A stretch of 36,414 nucleotides of DNA from assembly GCA_937911795.1 (NCBI GenBank), contig CALDPJ010000025.1, forward strand, positions 1-36,414, in the 5' to 3' direction. Numbering within the stretch: the first letter of the stretch is position 1; every line of letters starts with the position of its first letter. This DNA is from an uncultured Flavobacteriales bacterium (GTDB lineage: Bacteria > Bacteroidota > Bacteroidia > Flavobacteriales_D > SKUL01). Made by a program: the position numbers and the translations under genes. Below are positions 34,201-36,414 of the stretch, one piece after another. The notes under the pieces are model-generated. The model searched no databases. It was not told the origin of the DNA and worked only from the letters and a program-made list of their open reading frames with translations.

Positions 34201-34918
34201 TGTTATCTCAGCACCCGATGCCGTGAGCTATAGTTTTGACGCAGGAAATACATTCGGTACCAGCCATATGCTCGACAGTCTTTGTGCCGGTTCTTTCGGT
34301 ATCGAAATTCGAAATGAATTAAACTGCCCGAATTTCCAAACGGTAACGGTGACTGAACCGCCAAAACTCAAGGCTGAATTCAGTATGAACCCCTCACCTG
34401 TTGACTGGACCAATACCACTGTTCAGTTCAACAACTTGTCTTACCCCGGTCCTTTTACCAGCACTTACTGGGTTTTTGACACGTTGAATTTTCTGGGAAC
34501 ATCCACTGAACAACAACCTTCTTTTACATTTCCAAATACCGACGCAGGAATTTACCCGGTGTCGTTGTGTGTGGAGAATGAAGCCGGTTGTACAGCCTGT
34601 ACTTCCTATGATCTGGTCGTTAATAAAACACTCTCGCTGTTTGTTCCGAATAGTTTTACCCCCAACGAAGATGGTATCAATGACCTGTTTAAAGCATACC
34701 TGAGTACAGAGCATTACAGCAACTACCGCATGCGCATATTTAACCGTTATGGAGAGCTGGTGTATGAGTCAAATGATCCGGAAGTTGGCTGGAACGGCGG
34801 AGAAGATTCCGGCACCTATTATGCCCGCGACGAAGTTTATGTAGTTGAGATTCAAGTGACGGATGATATTACTAATGAAGTTATTGAACACACCGGCCAC
34901 TTAACAATACTTCGATAA
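31238..34918 (+). CDS. Giant modular cell-surface protein (1226 aa): CUB-like + PKD + proprotein-convertase P-domain + GDGWNG module + SprB repeats + T9SS type B sorting domain
   Basis: Signal peptide, then a CUB-like pattern (CSGGF...TLTICPDNPGDVIGIDFLTF...DRLIIYDG...GTFTG...TIRFISND...GNWAGTITC). PKD motif: YLWDFGDGTTADSPVVTHSWNEPGEYLVEL. P-domain: IYHTFLFDLLIQITCPSGQTVVLH...LNGTWTISVCDLWGGDSGYLCDWGLSI. SprB-like repeats: CPDTCDAIV...GEFTYNWN and CNGMCDGSI. CTD: LSLFVPNSFTPNEDGINDLF...VGWNGGEDSG. Confidence 0.85.
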   Translation: MKKSTLVHIAFIFIALFIFTPIFGQQQINMQTGYFEQCSGGFLDSGGGGGAYQNNENFTLTICPDNPGDVIGIDFLTFTLDPTNTASGNNNNQDRLIIYDGNSTAAASMGTFTGNSLQGIFVSASPLNTSGCLTIRFISNDVGTGNWAGTITCETPCDRPTAVGTDNAPANRRICIGEEVTFDGSGSTAAPGFNIDTYLWDFGDGTTADSPVVTHSWNEPGEYLVELYLVDDNGCSSTNQISLQIMVETLPDWDPFVGDETICLGQTINWDIDPNEFEVTWIGAEPTVSVSIEDGLADVVGQCYEFPLVISGFGPGQTLDDVYSLLSIDLGIYHTFLFDLLIQITCPSGQTVVLHQQMQQPNGPDVWANGTDFGMPGNMECWNYSWTPQATQTISQIATQAGNDPLPVDDYMALQPLSDLVGCDLNGTWTISVCDLWGGDSGYLCDWGLSIDPSIIPDVTEFTTTIGQESDSSYWAGPSFGEVSADGNSISIVPDAVGEFEFTYTIINNHGCTHDSTVTITVVPGPEADAGDDLVICEDSLQLNGSVAGTPPPPPNCEYVLDMVDTFGDGWNGFSVTIIQDGIVVGTYTIPSGGTLNTVSIPLNHGSDIQINTSSGNWDSEVAYYLYNPAGEEVFSDEGTNTSGTPIQIGNNIWSGVVDCQPGTPDYVFEWSPVDGLSDPNIQNPMVMVNQNTTYTMTVWIDGSPECATTDEVEVTIPPEADPGQDNELTLCYNSPTFNLLDSLLGNPTDAGEWTDEGGNVVGSTFSPADHADGGTFSFTYTVTFGPCVKSAELIITVLEAGHEDCCQTSADAGPDGIACDLNWELSAGPVVGTGSWSGPPEVTFDNINDPNTTVTAQSPGGVIELFWTDSNGLLCEETDMVQVVFMDPVEVEFLTIPATCPDTCDAIVMAQPSGGLGEFTYNWNAGLAGATPDERISLCPGEVTVEIEDEYGCQTSLATQVTESPAPAINAINVTDVSCNGMCDGSIVISAPDAVSYSFDAGNTFGTSHMLDSLCAGSFGIEIRNELNCPNFQTVTVTEPPKLKAEFSMNPSPVDWTNTTVQFNNLSYPGPFTSTYWVFDTLNFLGTSTEQQPSFTFPNTDAGIYPVSLCVENEAGCTACTSYDLVVNKTLSLFVPNSFTPNEDGINDLFKAYLSTEHYSNYRMRIFNRYGELVYESNDPEVGWNGGEDSGTYYARDEVYVVEIQVTDDITNEVIEHTGHLTILR

Positions 34919-34946
34919 ATTTTAAAGAATCAGGATAATTTCAGAA

Positions 34947-34976
34947 TAAAAAAAGGGCGCAAATTGCGCCCTTTTT
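34947..34976. terminator. Bidirectional rho-independent terminator between the convergent adhesin 2 and gyrB
   Basis: AAAAAAA-GGGCGCA-aat-TGCGCCC-TTTTTT is a perfect 7-bp GC-rich stem flanked by A and T runs. Confidence 0.8.
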
Positions 34977-34999
34977 TGTTGAATATTCTTCTGATTTAA

Positions 35000-36414
<1,415 letters not shown>

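Noticed and set aside
26160-34714. Numerous 60-154-aa minus-strand ORFs (for example 29006-29470 and 32027-32482) inside the two adhesin genes.
   Set aside because: They are all nested antisense within long uninterrupted plus-strand ORFs that have clear domain structure. Their products are Arg/Cys/Ser-rich nonsense with no signal or family features.

Overview
The window reads as a Bacteroidota chromosome segment, probably Flavobacteriia-like. The supporting evidence is the fused SecDF, a type III glutamine synthetase, the conserved rpsU-xer-hpf-tRNA(Thr-Tyr-Gly-Thr)-tuf arrangement, TAnnTTTG -7 promoter octamers, and T9SS type A and type B C-terminal sorting domains.

Positions ~1-23.7 kb are a densely packed, mostly minus-strand housekeeping block: tuf locus, hpf, xer, rpsU, apt, comEA-like, AGCS symporter, pspC-like, DUF2851, pyrF, prfA, purM, an OmpA-family protein, glnN, a CaCA antiporter, tatA, secDF and mdh. 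One plus-strand FG-GAP T9SS cargo gene sits inside this block. Positions 23.8-34.9 kb are the only accessory-looking region. It holds an ECF sigma factor, translationally coupled to a single-pass membrane protein that carries PKD domains and a T9SS type B sorting domain. Two giant modular T9SS type B adhesins (1567 and 1226 aa) and a 139-aa secreted protein follow. The window ends in a convergent, truncated gyrB.

The most interesting signal is that all three transcription units of this cluster are preceded by the same ECF-type promoter architecture, GCAAC-N16-CGTC. That suggests a self-contained ECF regulon whose putative anti-sigma factor looks like a T9SS cargo. The second anomaly is at the left edge. 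The tuf ORF is an in-frame chimera of the EF-Tu G domain with the C-terminal part of FabZ, joined across a heptapeptide (VDKIMEL) that is plausible for both families. This is either an assembly misjoin or a genuine rearrangement.

I saw no CRISPR arrays, transposases, rRNA genes or defence genes.
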